From an uncultured Candidatus Rokubacteria bacterium (lineage in GTDB: Bacteria; Methylomirabilota; Methylomirabilia; Rokubacteriales; CSP1-6), in assembly GCA_963776725.1 (NCBI GenBank), contig CAVZOE010000021.1:431931-495930 (forward strand): DNA of 64,000 bases, read 5' to 3'. The notes under the pieces are model-generated. The model saw only the letters and a list, made by a program, of their open reading frames with translations. It made no database searches and was not told the origin of the DNA. Shown here in pieces: positions 1-10,261 of the stretch (the first letter of the stretch is position 1; every line of letters begins with the position of its first letter). The position numbers were made by a program, and so were the translations under genes.

Positions 1-1
1 C

Positions 2-1060
2 GGCTTCGGCGCCGGCACCAACCTGATGCCGCGCGCCTTCGGCGTCGCATCGACCGCGAGCCTGGTGCTGGCGTGTGGGCTCGCGAGCGCGCTGGGGATC
101 GCGGTGGCCGCGACGGCCGGCGGGCTGGTGCAGCTGGCCGTCGGCTACGGCGTCCTCTTCGGCGCCGGCGGCGGCGGCGCCTACGTGCTGGCGCAGCAGG
201 CGGTGAACCTGGCGGTGAGGCGACGGCGCGGGCTGGTCAACGGCTATCTCGTCGCGCTGTATCCCGCCGGCGCGATGATCGCCGCGCCGATCTTCGGCTG
301 GGGCGTTCGCGCCTTCGGCGTGCGCGCGACGCTGGGCGGGCTCGCCGCGACCCTGGCCATCACGGGATCGCTCGCGGCGTGGCTCATCGCGCAGTCGCGC
401 GTGACGCTGGCCGCCGCGGCCACCGAGGCGCCGGCCGTGAGCGAGCGTCGCCGGCCGGTGTTCTGGCGCTTGTGGGTCGTGTTCTTCCTGGCCGCCTCCG
501 CGGGGCTGATGGTGCTCAGCCAGGCCGCCGGCATCATCACCGCGTACGGTGGCGCCAGCGCGCTGGCCGTCTACGGCACCACGTTCATCGCCGGCAGCAT
601 CGCCATCGCCCGCGTCGGCGGTGGCTGGATGGTCGACTGGCTCACGATCCCGTCGGTGGCGGCGTCCGCCCACGCGGTGGCCCTCGTCGGCAACGTGGCG
701 CTAACGCTGTGGCCCGGTGCCGCCACCTCCGTGCCCGCGCTCACCCTCGTGGGGCTCGGCTACGGCGTGATCTCCGGGCTCACCGCGGCGGCGATCGCCG
801 TCTACTGGCGACACGCGCTGTACGGCCGCGTGGCCGGCGAGATCTATCTGGCGTGGTGCGCGGCCGCCATCATCCTGCCAAACGCCGCCGGGCGTCTGTT
901 CGACCTGACCCAGGGCTATGGCGTGGCGATCATCATCGCGGCGTGCGGCAACGCGCTGGGTATCCTGATATCGCTCGGGCTGCCCTCGCAGCGCGCGGCC
1001 CGGGCCGAGCCGCCACCGGCGACGGCCGCGGGCTCCCGTATACTCGGGCTCGAGCAATGA
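2..1060 (+). CDS. MFS transporter, 5' end lies outside the window
   Basis: The frame is open from the window edge. The product is very hydrophobic with about 10 predicted transmembrane segments (GxLaDrxGrr-like loops), and third-codon positions are GC-rich. The ORF-track start at 26 is probably internal. Confidence 0.75.
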   Translation, partial: GFGAGTNLMPRAFGVASTASLVLACGLASALGIAVAATAGGLVQLAVGYGVLFGAGGGGAYVLAQQAVNLAVRRRRGLVNGYLVALYPAGAMIAAPIFGWGVRAFGVRATLGGLAATLAITGSLAAWLIAQSRVTLAAAATEAPAVSERRRPVFWRLWVVFFLAASAGLMVLSQAAGIITAYGGASALAVYGTTFIAGSIAIARVGGGWMVDWLTIPSVAASAHAVALVGNVALTLWPGAATSVPALTLVGLGYGVISGLTAAAIAVYWRHALYGRVAGEIYLAWCAAAIILPNAAGRLFDLTQGYGVAIIIAACGNALGILISLGLPSQRAARAEPPPATAAGSRILGLEQ

Positions 1061-1080
1061 CGCGGTCAGGAGGCCCGCCC

Positions 1081-1554
1081 ATGGTCACCCTCGAGTTTCA
1101 CGATCCGTCCGGCGCCATCGAGGTCAAGCAAGCGCACGCGCCGCGCGTGAGCGCGCTGGCCGGCAAGCGCATCGGCTTCGTCAGCAACGAGCAGTGGCAG
1201 GCCTACCGCATGCTGCCGATGCTCAAGACGCTGATCGAGACGGATTTCCCGGGCATCGAGGTGCTGCCGATCGACGCGTTCCCGCAGGGCAACGCGGTCA
1301 TCGGCTCGGAGGAGACGGCAGCGCTGGTGAAGGCGAGCGGGGTCGACGCCGTCATCATCGGCAACGCGGCCTGAGGGTCCTGCGCGACTGCGTGCGGCCG
1401 GGCGGCCGCCAGGCTCGAAGCACAGGGGATTCCCACGGTCACGCTGACGCGCACGGACTTCGTCGGGGTGATGACGAACGCCGTCGTCGGGTCTCGGGCT
1501 GGCGCCGGACGCGGCGATGGTGACCTTCCCCATCGAGATGTTCCTGCCGGGTAG
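1081..1554 (+). CDS. UGSC-motif selenoprotein candidate; UGA at 1372-1374 is proposed to encode selenocysteine (..IIGNAA-U-GSC-ATACG..)
   Basis: AGGAGG sits 6 nt upstream of ATG 1081. The 97-aa ORF stops at TGA 1372-1374. The same frame then continues for 59 more codons with protein-like composition and GC3 bias (GSCATACGRAAARLEAQGIPTVTLTRTDFVGVMTNAVVG...). The residues flanking the TGA spell U-G-S-C, and a GC hairpin lies 20 nt downstream. Confidence 0.55.
1394..1409 (+). promoter_or_regulatory. SECIS-like stem-loop: gcggcc-gggc-ggccgc, 20 nt downstream of the in-frame UGA
   Basis: A perfect 6-bp GC stem with a 4-nt loop containing G lies directly 3' of the UGA, at the spacing expected for a bacterial SECIS element. 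Confidence 0.4.
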
Positions 1555-2793
1555 CGACATCTCGCCGGTCCAGGCGCGCAAGCACGAGTTCTACGACGGC
1601 CTGACGGCGTGGCGCTCGGCCTTTGCCGCCGACGGCGCCGGCGAGGCGCCGATGATCCGCGTGGAGGGCGCCAGCGTCGAGGACGCGTTCTCGCGAGCGA
1701 ACAACCTGATGCTCGCCAATCGCTGGGGCGACGGGCTGCCGCTCTGGCCTCCGACGCGGCAGCGCGTGGACTGGATTCTCGGCGGCACCGCTCAGCCGCG
1801 CGGCGACGTGCTCGGCACATTTCCGCCGCGCGGCGGCGTGACCACGATCGAGAGCTGCGCCATCGCGCTGGCCATGGCCGGCGGGCGCCCCGAGTACCTG
1901 CCGGTGCTCGTCGCCGCGGTCGAAGCCTTTCTCGACCCCGAGTCCGGCAGCGCCCAGCTGCAGGCCGCCTCGGGCAGCGCGTTTCCGGTGGTGATCGTCA
2001 ACGGGCCGATCGGTGCGGCGATCCGGCTGAACGCCGGCTTCGGCTGCCTCGGGCCGGATCCGCAGCGTCCCGCCGGCGCCAGCATCGGCCGCGCGCTGCG
2101 CCTGCTGCAGCAGAACCTCGGCGGCGCGCTGCCCGGCATCGGCACGATGGCCAACTACGGCGGCATGCGCTACACCAACGTCGTCTTCGCCGAGGACGAG
2201 GCGAATCTTCCCGCCGGCTGGGCGCCGCACGGCACCGAGCGTCACGGCTTCGCTCCGGCACCAACTCGATCTCGCTGGTCTTCGCCAACGGCGCGACCAA
2301 CATCCGCCGGCGCGGCGCCAAGAAGGAGACGCCCGAGGAGGACGCGCTGCAGGGCATGTACCGCATGGCCGACTTCATGCGCGTGCCCAACATGCCCGGG
2401 CTCGCCGGCTACGAGCACGGCACGCCGGGCGTCCTCATGCTGCCCGGCGTGGTCGCGCAGACCATGGCCGGTCTCGGCTGGACCAAGGCGTCGATCCGCG
2501 AATTCCTCTGGGAGCACTCGCGGATTTCTGCCGAGCACCTGCGTCGCGCCGGCTGTCCGGCGTGGATCGAGATCGACGCCAGCAAGGTGGTGCGCGAGAG
2601 CATCGATCTCGACCCGTGGCCGATCACCGCCAGTCCCGACAACTTCGTCATCGTCGTGGCGGGCGGCGGCCATCCGACCAACAGCTACTGGCTGCAGGGC
2701 TACAGCCCCGGCGTCGTCGGCCGGGCCATCGAGCTGCCGGCCGCCTTCGATCGCCTGCTCGCCGACGCCGAGCGCGATCTCGGACCTCGCTGA
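1517..2793 (+). CDS. Uncharacterised protein, about 420 aa. It may be the C-terminal part of the UGSC protein, joined through a +1 shift near 1492, and it carries a further -1 shift near 2257.
   Basis: Frame 2 is open from 1475 and reads ..LGLAPDAAMVTFPIEMFLPGSDISPVQARKHEFYDGL.., fitting smoothly onto the frame-1 ..TNAVVG. At 2255-2259 the reading switches to the 1609..2793 frame (..ERHGFAP/GTNSISLVFANG..). I recognise no domain in it. Confidence 0.5.
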
Positions 2794-2814
2794 GGGACGC
2801 GCCCGCCCCGCCGA

Positions 2815-4239
2815 ATGCCCACGCGTACCGACAGGCTGCTCCTCGCCAACGCGATCATGGGGCAGTTCATCTCCGGCGTCGCCACCCGGATCTTCGTGGT
2901 GTCGCTGCCCACCATCGCCACCGCGCTGCATGCGGACATCCTCTCCGTCTCGTGGGCGCTCATCGCCTACCAGCTCGCGGGGATCTGCCTGTCCGTCGTC
3001 TTCGGCCGCCTGGGCGACATCCACGGCCGCTACGCCATCTACGGCACCGGCTTCGTCGTGATGACCGCCAGCTCGGCGCTGTGCGGGCTGGCGCCCAGCG
3101 TCGGCTGGCTGATCGTCTTCCGCCTCGTCCAGGGCATCGGCGCGGCCATGGTCGCCTCGGCCACGCGGGTGCTGGCCATGGAGGCGCTGCCCGACGGCTC
3201 GGAGGGACGCGCCAACGGATTCATGACGATGTCGTTTCACGGCGGGTTGTTGCTGGGGCCGCCGCTGGGCGGCCTGGTGATCGACTGGCTGAGCTGGCGC
3301 TGGATCTTCTTTCTGCTCGTGCCCATCGGCGTGGCGGGGACCGTGCTGACCATGATCCGGGCCCGGGGCCGCCGGGTGGTTCAGCGCGAGCGGCCGCCCG
3401 CCGTCGACTACGTCGGCGCGGTCCTCCTGGTGATTCTCACCCTGCTGCTCACGCTGATGGTCGATCGACGAAGCGCCGAGGCGCTGGGGGCCGGACGACC
3501 GCGCGTCATCATCGCCGGCTTCGTCATCGGCCTCGTGGCCTTCCTGGTCCACGAGCGCCGGGCCGTGAATCCGGTGGTGAACCTCGCCCTGTTCCGGATC
3601 CGGATGTTCGTCTTCAGCGTGCTGAGCCTGCTCGTCTTCGCCACGACCTCCAGCATCCTCAACTTCCTGCTGCCCTTCTACATCCAGGACGTGCTCCACC
3701 GCTCGCCGTCGTTCATGGGGCTGCTCTTCCTGTCCGCGCCGGTCCTGACGATCAGCCTGGCCGTCCTCGCCGGCCGTCTCACCGATCGCGTCGGCCCGCG
3801 CATCCCGGCCACCATCGGCCTCTCGGTCGTCATGGCCTCCTTCGCGATCGGGGTCGGCCTGCGGGTCGATTCCCACTGGAGCCTGCCGGCGCTGCTGCTG
3901 GCCTGCACCGGCATCGGCCAGGGCTTCTTCAACACGCCGAACCAGACGGCGATCATCGGCTCGGTGCCCCGCGCCTATCGAGGATTCGCCACGGGGCTGG
4001 TGCAGATGGTGTTCGGCCTGGGCTCGCTGCTCGGCATCTCGCTCGGCGGCGTGTTGCTGACGCAGCTGTTCCGCCACTACTCCGGTGTCCCCGACGCCAC
4101 GCCGAGCGCTGCCGATCCGGGCGCCTTCGTGGCCTCGATGAGCGCGATCTACGCCGTCTGCTTCGCGGTGATGACGACGGCGCTGGTCGCCTCACTCATG
4201 CGCGGAGGGCGCCGGGTCGAGGCGGCGGCGATGGAGTAA
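2815..4239 (+). CDS. MFS transporter, DHA2/EmrB-like drug:H+ antiporter (14 TMS)
   Basis: 474 aa and intact. Typical MFS motifs are present (GRLGDIHGR, LVQGIGAA), with about 14 hydrophobic segments. Confidence 0.8.
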   Translation: MPTRTDRLLLANAIMGQFISGVATRIFVVSLPTIATALHADILSVSWALIAYQLAGICLSVVFGRLGDIHGRYAIYGTGFVVMTASSALCGLAPSVGWLIVFRLVQGIGAAMVASATRVLAMEALPDGSEGRANGFMTMSFHGGLLLGPPLGGLVIDWLSWRWIFFLLVPIGVAGTVLTMIRARGRRVVQRERPPAVDYVGAVLLVILTLLLTLMVDRRSAEALGAGRPRVIIAGFVIGLVAFLVHERRAVNPVVNLALFRIRMFVFSVLSLLVFATTSSILNFLLPFYIQDVLHRSPSFMGLLFLSAPVLTISLAVLAGRLTDRVGPRIPATIGLSVVMASFAIGVGLRVDSHWSLPALLLACTGIGQGFFNTPNQTAIIGSVPRAYRGFATGLVQMVFGLGSLLGISLGGVLLTQLFRHYSGVPDATPSAADPGAFVASMSAIYAVCFAVMTTALVASLMRGGRRVEAAAME

Positions 4240-4305
4240 GATCTGGGCTTCGCGGCCCATACCGGACGTTACGAGGCCTCATCCCCAACGAAGAGGAGAA
4301 CGCCA

Positions 4306-4775
4306 TGGCCCACGGATTCCTGCGATCGCTCGCTCTCGCCGCGCTGCTGGGACTCATCGTGGTTGGTTCGGCCGCCGCCCAGGACTGCACCGGCACCATC
4401 ACCGCCGATGAGGCGATGAAGGCCGAGAACGCGCGCTACGCCGCTCAGACCACCAACGACTTCTCCGCGATGCAGAAGCTCTTCGGCGACGACCTGACGT
4501 ACAACCACTCGTCCGCCGCGACCGACTCCAAGGCGAGCTACATCGACAGCATGCAGTCGGGCCGCACGAAGTACCGCAAGATGACGCCGAACGGCGATCT
4601 GAAGACCCGCACCTACGGCTGCCTGGCCATCATCACCGGGACCGCCGTCTACGAGGTGACGGCGGGCGGCCAGGATCGCACGGTGCCGCTGCGCTTCACC
4701 GCCATCTGGGCCAAGCGCCCCTCAGGGGTAGAGTTCGTGTCCTGGCAGTCGACCGGAATTCCACCCAAGCAGTAG
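4306..4775 (+). CDS. Secreted NTF2-like / SnoaL-like (DUF4440-type) protein
   Basis: A GAGGAG RBS sits at 4294-4299. There is a signal peptide (LALAALLGLIVVGSAAAQD). The ~156-aa size and a/b composition are typical of NTF2-fold proteins. Confidence 0.55.
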
Positions 4776-4789
4776 CCAGGCTGCCAAAC

Positions 4790-4822
4790 GGCGGCGGGCT
4801 GCTTTTTCAGCGGCCCGCCGCG
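4790..4822. terminator. Bidirectional terminator hairpin between convergent genes (cggcgggctgc-tttttca-gcggcccgccg)
   Basis: A GC-rich inverted repeat with a T-run loop lies between the stop of 4306..4775 (+) and the stop of 4807..5199 (-). Confidence 0.45.
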
Positions 4823-5199
4823 TCCCGGGCGGCGACGTACGCGCGCCAGCCTCCGTAGCGCGTGATCTCGCGTTGCCCTTCGCACAACACGGGCTCCCCA
4901 AGCACGCCCAGCGTCTCCTCACCATCGGCGAGCTGGACCTTGCCGATGCAGAGCCCGGGTGGCTCGCCGATCAGCAGCTGCGCGAAGCCCGTCTCGGGAA
5001 TTCGCCACACCTCGACCGCGACCGCCACACCGCCCTCGCGTACCCGGATCATGGCCGGGTGACGATCGTCGATGGACCAGAGCCGGTAGTGAGGTGTCGT
5101 CGTCGCCTCGCGGTCGAAACGGCCGCCGACCGCCAGCATCCGGGGATTGAGCTCGAGCCCACGCATCAGCGTTCCGTTGACGGCTAGCGGGAAATCCAC
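4807..5199 (-). CDS. Gamma-glutamylcyclotransferase (AIG2/GGCT-like) family protein
   Basis: GTG start at 5199 is preceded by AAGGAGAGG. The N-terminus carries the VNGTLMRG (YGTLxxG-like) motif. Only about 130 aa of the 348-aa ORF-track ORF is real. Confidence 0.6.
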   Translation of the reverse strand: MDFPLAVNGTLMRGLELNPRMLAVGGRFDREATTTPHYRLWSIDDRHPAMIRVREGGVAVAVEVWRIPETGFAQLLIGEPPGLCIGKVQLADGEETLGVLGEPVLCEGQREITRYGGWRAYVAARDAAGR

Positions 5200-5391
5200 G
5201 CGCCTCTCCTTGTCGCGCAAGGTGCCTCGTCGTGCACCGATAGTATCGCCACTTCCGTTCTCCACGTCCCGCGCCGGCGTCGGCCTCCTGTACGACTTCC
5301 TGCCGTCTGATCGTGCTCGTGAGTTACCCTGGCGTCGGGCCGAGCCGGGGCGCCGCCGCCGATGGCGCGTCGCCGCTCGATCCCCGCTCCC

Positions 5392-6668
5392 ATGGACGAC
5401 CTGACGCGCACGGTGCTGGGATTCGTCGATCCGCGCGAGCTGGTCGATCTGGCCAGCGCGCTCATCCGCATCCCGAGCTTCAAGACCGAGGAGACGCCGG
5501 TCGCGCTCTTCCTCGACGGCGTTCTTCCGCCAGCGCGGGTACGCCGTCGATCTCCAGGAGATCGAGGCCGGGCGGCTGCAGACGATCGCCACGCTGCGCG
5601 GCACGGGCGGCGGGGCCAGCCTCATGCTGAACGGCCACACCGACATCAACGCGCTGACCAGGCGCTGGACGCGAGATCCGTGGACGCCCAGCCTCGAGGG
5701 CGACCGGCTGTACGGCCACGGCGTGCAGAACATGAAGGGGGGCCTGGCCAGCATCATCATGACCGCCGAGGCCATCCGCCGGTCGGGCGTGCGGCTCGCC
5801 GGCGATCTGGTCGTCGCCTGCGTCGCCGGCGAGACGCAGGGCGGCGAGGGCACGCACTACCTGATGGAGCGCGGCTTCCGCACCGATGCCGCGGTGGTGG
5901 CCGAGCCCTTCGGCGCCGACCACCTCGTGACGGTGCACTCCGGGCATCGTGCACATGGCGATCCACACGTACGGGGTGACGGGACACATCGGGCGACTCG
6001 AGGGCACGGTGAACGCGGTCCACACGATGACGCGCGATCATCGACGCGCTGCGCCGCGTGCAGTTCCGCCACACGCCGCGGCCGGACCTGCCCGCGTTCC
6101 CGCGGCTCAACGTGGGCAGCATCATCGGCGGCCGGGGCCAGCGACTACGTGCTGGTGGAGCCACCGTACGTGCCCGACCTCTGCACGATCCTGGTCGACG
6201 TCCACTTCGTGCCGGGTCAGACGGTCGACGAGATCGTCGCCGACATCCGCCGCGCGCTGGACCCGGTCGCCGCGCGCGATCCCGACGCTCCGCTACGAGA
6301 TCGAGATCCCACCGCCCGACCGCTTCAAGGGTCGGCGGCGGCTGGTGATGGACCCGTTCGACGTGCCCGTCGACGCGCCGATCGTGCAGGCGGTCGCGCG
6401 GAGCTACCGGGCCGTGACCGGGCAGGAGCCGAAGGCCATCGGCACGGTGCTGCCGCATTCGTACAGCGCCGACGACACGTGCCATCTCTGGAAGGCCGGC
6501 ATCCCGTGCCTGCTCTATGGGCCCGGCGACATCCGCGGCAACGCGGACGAGGACGACGCCTGCGTGCTCGTGAGCGAGATGGAGACGGTCACGCGGGTGC
6601 TGGCCGTGACCGCGCTCGACGTCTGCCAGCGCGAGCCGGCGGAGCTCGCCGTCCGCCGGCGCGTCTGA
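5392..6668 (+). pseudogene. M20 family metallopeptidase (ArgE/DapE/acetylornithine deacetylase-like), interrupted by at least 4 frameshifts
   Basis: The reading can be followed across the 5362, 5624, 5949 and 6058 frames: MDDLTRTVLGFVDP.. / LMLNGHTDIN..LYGHGVQNMKGGLA.. / ..DYVLVEPPYVPD.. / ..LLYGPGDIRGNADEDDACV.. Confidence 0.6.
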
Positions 6669-6686
6669 CCGACGACGGCGAAGCCC

Positions 6687-7889
6687 ATGCCCGACGGTCA
6701 GGACGCGGCGCCAGCCTGGAAGACACTGCTGACGCTCTTCACGCTCGCCTCGTTCATCGAGACCCTGTTCTGGGGGCAGGTCATCGGCTTCACCCCGCTC
6801 TATCTGACCCAGCTCGGCGTCGCGCCGCAGGCGATCGCCACGTGGACGGGCACCATCGCCGCGCTGTCGATGGCGCTGGGGTTGCCGTTTCTTCCGCTGT
6901 GGGGCGCCCTGGCCGATCGCTACGCGCGCAAGCCCGTCATCGTCCGATCGTTCGCGGCCTACCTGATCGCCGGCATCGTCACGTTCCTGGCCCCCAACGT
7001 GTGGATCTTCACGCTCGGCCGGGCCGTCATGGGCTTCTCGTTCGGCAACAGCGGCTTGATGATGACCACGCTGTCCGAGCGCGTCCCCCGTCAGCGGCTG
7101 GCCTTCGCCTTCTCGGTCATGAACGCCAGCGGCCCCATCGGCGCGTTCATTGGTCCCATCGTGGGAGGCGCCATCGTCGACGCGCCGGGAGCGGGCTTCC
7201 GGGGACTGGTGCTCGTCGACGGCGTGCTGCTCCTGGTGGTCATCCTCGCCCTGAGCGTCGGCTACCGGGACGCCTTCGTGCCGACGGACACGCGCCCGCT
7301 GCTGCGCATGGCGCTCGATTCGGTGCGCGTGGTGTGGCGCTCGCCGATGCTGCCGCTGTTCCCCGCGCTCTTCTTGCTGTTCACCGGCTGGATGCTCGCC
7401 AACACCTTCGCCCCGATCGCGATCACCTCGCTCTACGGAGGCGACGATCGCGCGACCGCCATCGGGCTCGTGCTCGGCGGCGGCGGGTTCGCCACGCTCG
7501 TCATCGCGCCGATCATGGGCGCCCTGGCCGATCGCCTCGGGCGCTGGCGCGTCCTGATCGTCGCCGCCGTGCTGGAGACGCTGCTGTGGCCCATCCCGGC
7601 CTGGGTGTCGGGCTTCGCCGCATTCGGGATCGCCTGGGCGCTGGTCTCCGGCGTGGCCTCCGGAGTCTTCGCGGTATCCTTCAGCGTGCTGTCCAGCTCA
7701 GCCGCGCTTGAGATCCGCGGGCGGGTGATGGCCTTCGCCTACGTCCCGGTGAACGTCGGCTTCCTGGTCGGCGCCGCGCTGGGGACGCTGGTGACCGCGC
7801 GCGACGTCTTCGTCATCTTCCCCATCACCGCGGCGATCACCGCGCTGGGGACGGTGGCCCTGGTGATTGCGAGCCGGCGGCTCGCGTGA
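6687..7889 (+). CDS. MFS transporter (12 TMS)
   Basis: 400 aa and intact, hydrophobic, with the MFS signature loop GALADRYARKP. Confidence 0.8.
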   Translation: MPDGQDAAPAWKTLLTLFTLASFIETLFWGQVIGFTPLYLTQLGVAPQAIATWTGTIAALSMALGLPFLPLWGALADRYARKPVIVRSFAAYLIAGIVTFLAPNVWIFTLGRAVMGFSFGNSGLMMTTLSERVPRQRLAFAFSVMNASGPIGAFIGPIVGGAIVDAPGAGFRGLVLVDGVLLLVVILALSVGYRDAFVPTDTRPLLRMALDSVRVVWRSPMLPLFPALFLLFTGWMLANTFAPIAITSLYGGDDRATAIGLVLGGGGFATLVIAPIMGALADRLGRWRVLIVAAVLETLLWPIPAWVSGFAAFGIAWALVSGVASGVFAVSFSVLSSSAALEIRGRVMAFAYVPVNVGFLVGAALGTLVTARDVFVIFPITAAITALGTVALVIASRRLA

Positions 7890-7913
7890 TGGCATCGCGG
7901 ACGAGGTGGCGAT

Positions 7914-8436
7914 CGTGACGCACCGTTTGTTCTGGCCCGTCTGGCTGCTGGCGGCCGTCACGACCGGCCTGGTTGCCGGCTTCATGCTCGGCCACGCGCT
8001 GATCCTCGGCCGCTTCCTCGACTGGATGCTGACCAGCGACCCGCGCCTGCTGGCCACCACGTATCCGGCCTTCGCCCGCTCGGCCGGGAGCACGGGACTC
8101 ACGCTGTTCTACGCGATCTGCGGCCTGCAGATCATCGCGGCCCTGGCGTTCCTGGCGCTGGCCCTCGGCGCGCGGCGGCACCGTCTGGGGGCGGGCGTCG
8201 CCGCGATCGCGGCCGTGGCCTGGCCGGTGCTCCACTATGCTTCGGGCTTCGGTGCCGTCGAGGCCGTCGCGCTGCGCAGTGCGACGGCGGTATCCGGCGA
8301 TGTGGCCACCCGCTTTCTGGCCTGGAACCTTCCCGTACACGCCGGACACGCCGGGCTGTTGCTGGTCGGACTGGTGGCGCTGCTGGCGATACCGCTGTCG
8401 GCCGCACGCCGCACCGCGGCGGCCGGAGAACGCTAG
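7914..8436 (+). CDS. Small integral membrane protein of unknown function (4-5 TMS)
   Basis: GTG start with a GAGGTGG RBS. The ORF-track TTG start at 7867 is less likely. Confidence 0.45.
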
Positions 8437-8445
8437 CGGATCCCG

Positions 8446-10004
8446 TCATCGCCGCCCGAGAAAAGCCTTCGCGTGTGCCAGTTCCGGACGCGTCGTGTCG
8501 GCCTTGCTGGACAGCGCGACGAGCTTCTCGAAGTATCCGACGGCCTTCTGCCGGTCGCCGGCGGCTTCAGCGGCGCGCGCGGCACCGGAGAGACTCCGAT
8601 AGCGGTTCGGGTTCTCCTTGAGCGAGGCCTCGAACTCCCCCAGCGCGGCCGCCGGCTGTCCGATCTGAAGCAGCAGCTCACCGAGCAGCTCGCGCATTGG
8701 ATAGAGCCGGTTCTCCATCGCCACGTGCTTGACACTGCCATCTTCACCGTCGGCGGCAGCGCGCATGAGCTTCGTCGCCTGGTCGCGCGCACCCTCCGCG
8801 TACGCCACCCAGGCTGCGACGGCAAGGATCTGCTCCTGGGTGCGATCGGCCCAATAGGACTGGCTCGACTGCTCGAGTGCGCTGCGCAGCTCCTGCAGCG
8901 CTTGGACCTCGCGTTTCGCTCCGGCCAGATCGCCGCTGCGCGCCATGCCGAGCCCGCGGGCGAAGCGGGTCAGGGAGTCGGCCATGACGCGTCCGGTCGA
9001 GGAGACCGGCAGCGCGGCCGCGCCGGCCCAGTCGGCGCGCTCGAGCGCGTAGCGCGCCGGGATCGCGGCGACCGCCGTGAAGTTCGCCAGGATGGGGTAC
9101 TCCCGTCGGGGAAGCCCCACGATGAGATCGACCAGCGCCTTGGCCTTGGCGTCCTGCGCGAGCTGGAGATGGGCGTAGACCATGAAGTCCGTCGCGTGGT
9201 GATAGTCGGGCTGGACCTCGAGCGCCGATCGGTTCGAGGCGATGGACTCCTCCCACATCCCCACCATCGAATAGATGTGTGACGGCATGTGCCGGGCATG
9301 CGGCGCGGCCGGCGCGATGCGCGCGTATTGTCCCGCGATGCTGATGCCCTTGTCGGCGAGCGGCGGGTAGTCGTAGGCGTGGACCAGGTAGTGCGCCACC
9401 CCGGGGTGCTCGGGATTCTGCTTGAACAAGCGCTCCAGAATCTCCGCCGATTTCAGCTGGTTCCCGTAGGTCTTGTCGTTCTTCGGCGCGGAGGCCTGCA
9501 GGGTCAGGGCGTAGTACGTCCACGCCTCGAAGTCGTCGGGATAGCGCTGCGTCATCTGCTCCATCGCCTTGGTGTAAGCGACGAGCCGGGCGTTGAGCGG
9601 CACCTTGTCGGGGTCGCGGTAGTAGACGCCGATCCCCTCGATCCAGTCGCGCTCGCGCTGGGTCTTGGCCCCGATCGCGCGCGCCTTGTCGAGCCCCTCC
9701 GACGCGGCCGCGATGTCTTTCGACGACGGCGCCGCCGCCAGCGAGTTCCCGAGGTAATTGACGGCCAGCCCCCAGTACGCGATCGCGCAGCTCGGATCCT
9801 GCTGGATGACCGCGTCGAAGACCTTGCGCGCTTCCGTGAACCAGTACGAATGCAGCATCGCGACGCCGCGCTCGAACTGGCCCTGCACCTTGGAATCGCA
9901 GGACGTCGGGAACACGACCTTGCCGAGCTTCTCTGGCTGCGAGAAGCCGGGCAGCGGCAGGGCAACGGCGCAAAGAAGCTGAACACAACCGACGCGATTC
10001 TCAT
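8446..10004 (-). CDS. TPR-repeat protein with N-terminal signal peptide; one frameshift in the signal-peptide region (~9975)
   Basis: AGGAGG-N4-ATG at 10004 gives MRIASVV.., and the reading then continues in the 537-aa frame (..LLCAVALPLPGFSQPEK..). The body has multiple TPR-like helical repeats. Confidence 0.65.
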
Positions 10005-10233
10005 ATGGCCTCCTCGCTCCGGGGCCGTGGATTTCATGCTTCGGGCTACTGAACCTCACGGCGAGAGGGCTGTACGCTTCATCGCGGCGCCTCCTTTGGT
10101 GAATGGGTGATGGGAAGCGGTCGCGTCTGGACCCTCGTCGGCGAGAACCCGCCTGGCTTCTCCACGTTCACGGTCGCCTCTTGCCGCAGTCTAGGTATGC
10201 GGGTTGTGATGTGTCCAATGCGTTTTCTCTGCA

Positions 10234-10257
10234 TATAATCGATGCACCGGGTGCATC
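10234..10257 (+). promoter_or_regulatory. TATAAT box (10234-10239) followed by a perfect 17-bp palindrome GATGCACCGGGTGCATC containing a T-N11-A LysR-type box
   Basis: This is an AT-rich island in a 70% GC genome, immediately 5' of the LysR-family gene start. The dyad TGCACCGGGTGCA is the classical autoregulatory LTTR site architecture. Confidence 0.5.
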
Positions 10258-10261
10258 AAGG

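Noticed and set aside
73-1374. 433-aa plus-strand ORF rich in Arg, Gly and Asp
   Set aside because: It is an alternative frame of the MFS gene (2..1060). Only its last ~98 codons, from ATG 1081, are the real UGSC-protein gene.
2242-4077. 611-aa minus-strand ORF, the longest ORF in that region
   Set aside because: It runs antisense to the well-supported MFS (2815-4239) and upstream genes. Its composition is R/G/D/E-rich and low-complexity, typical of shadow ORFs in ~70% GC DNA.
4807-5853. 348-aa minus-strand ORF
   Set aside because: Only the C-terminal ~130 aa, from GTG 5199, form a genuine GGCT-like protein. The N-terminal 220 aa are low-complexity read-through antisense to the M20 peptidase gene.
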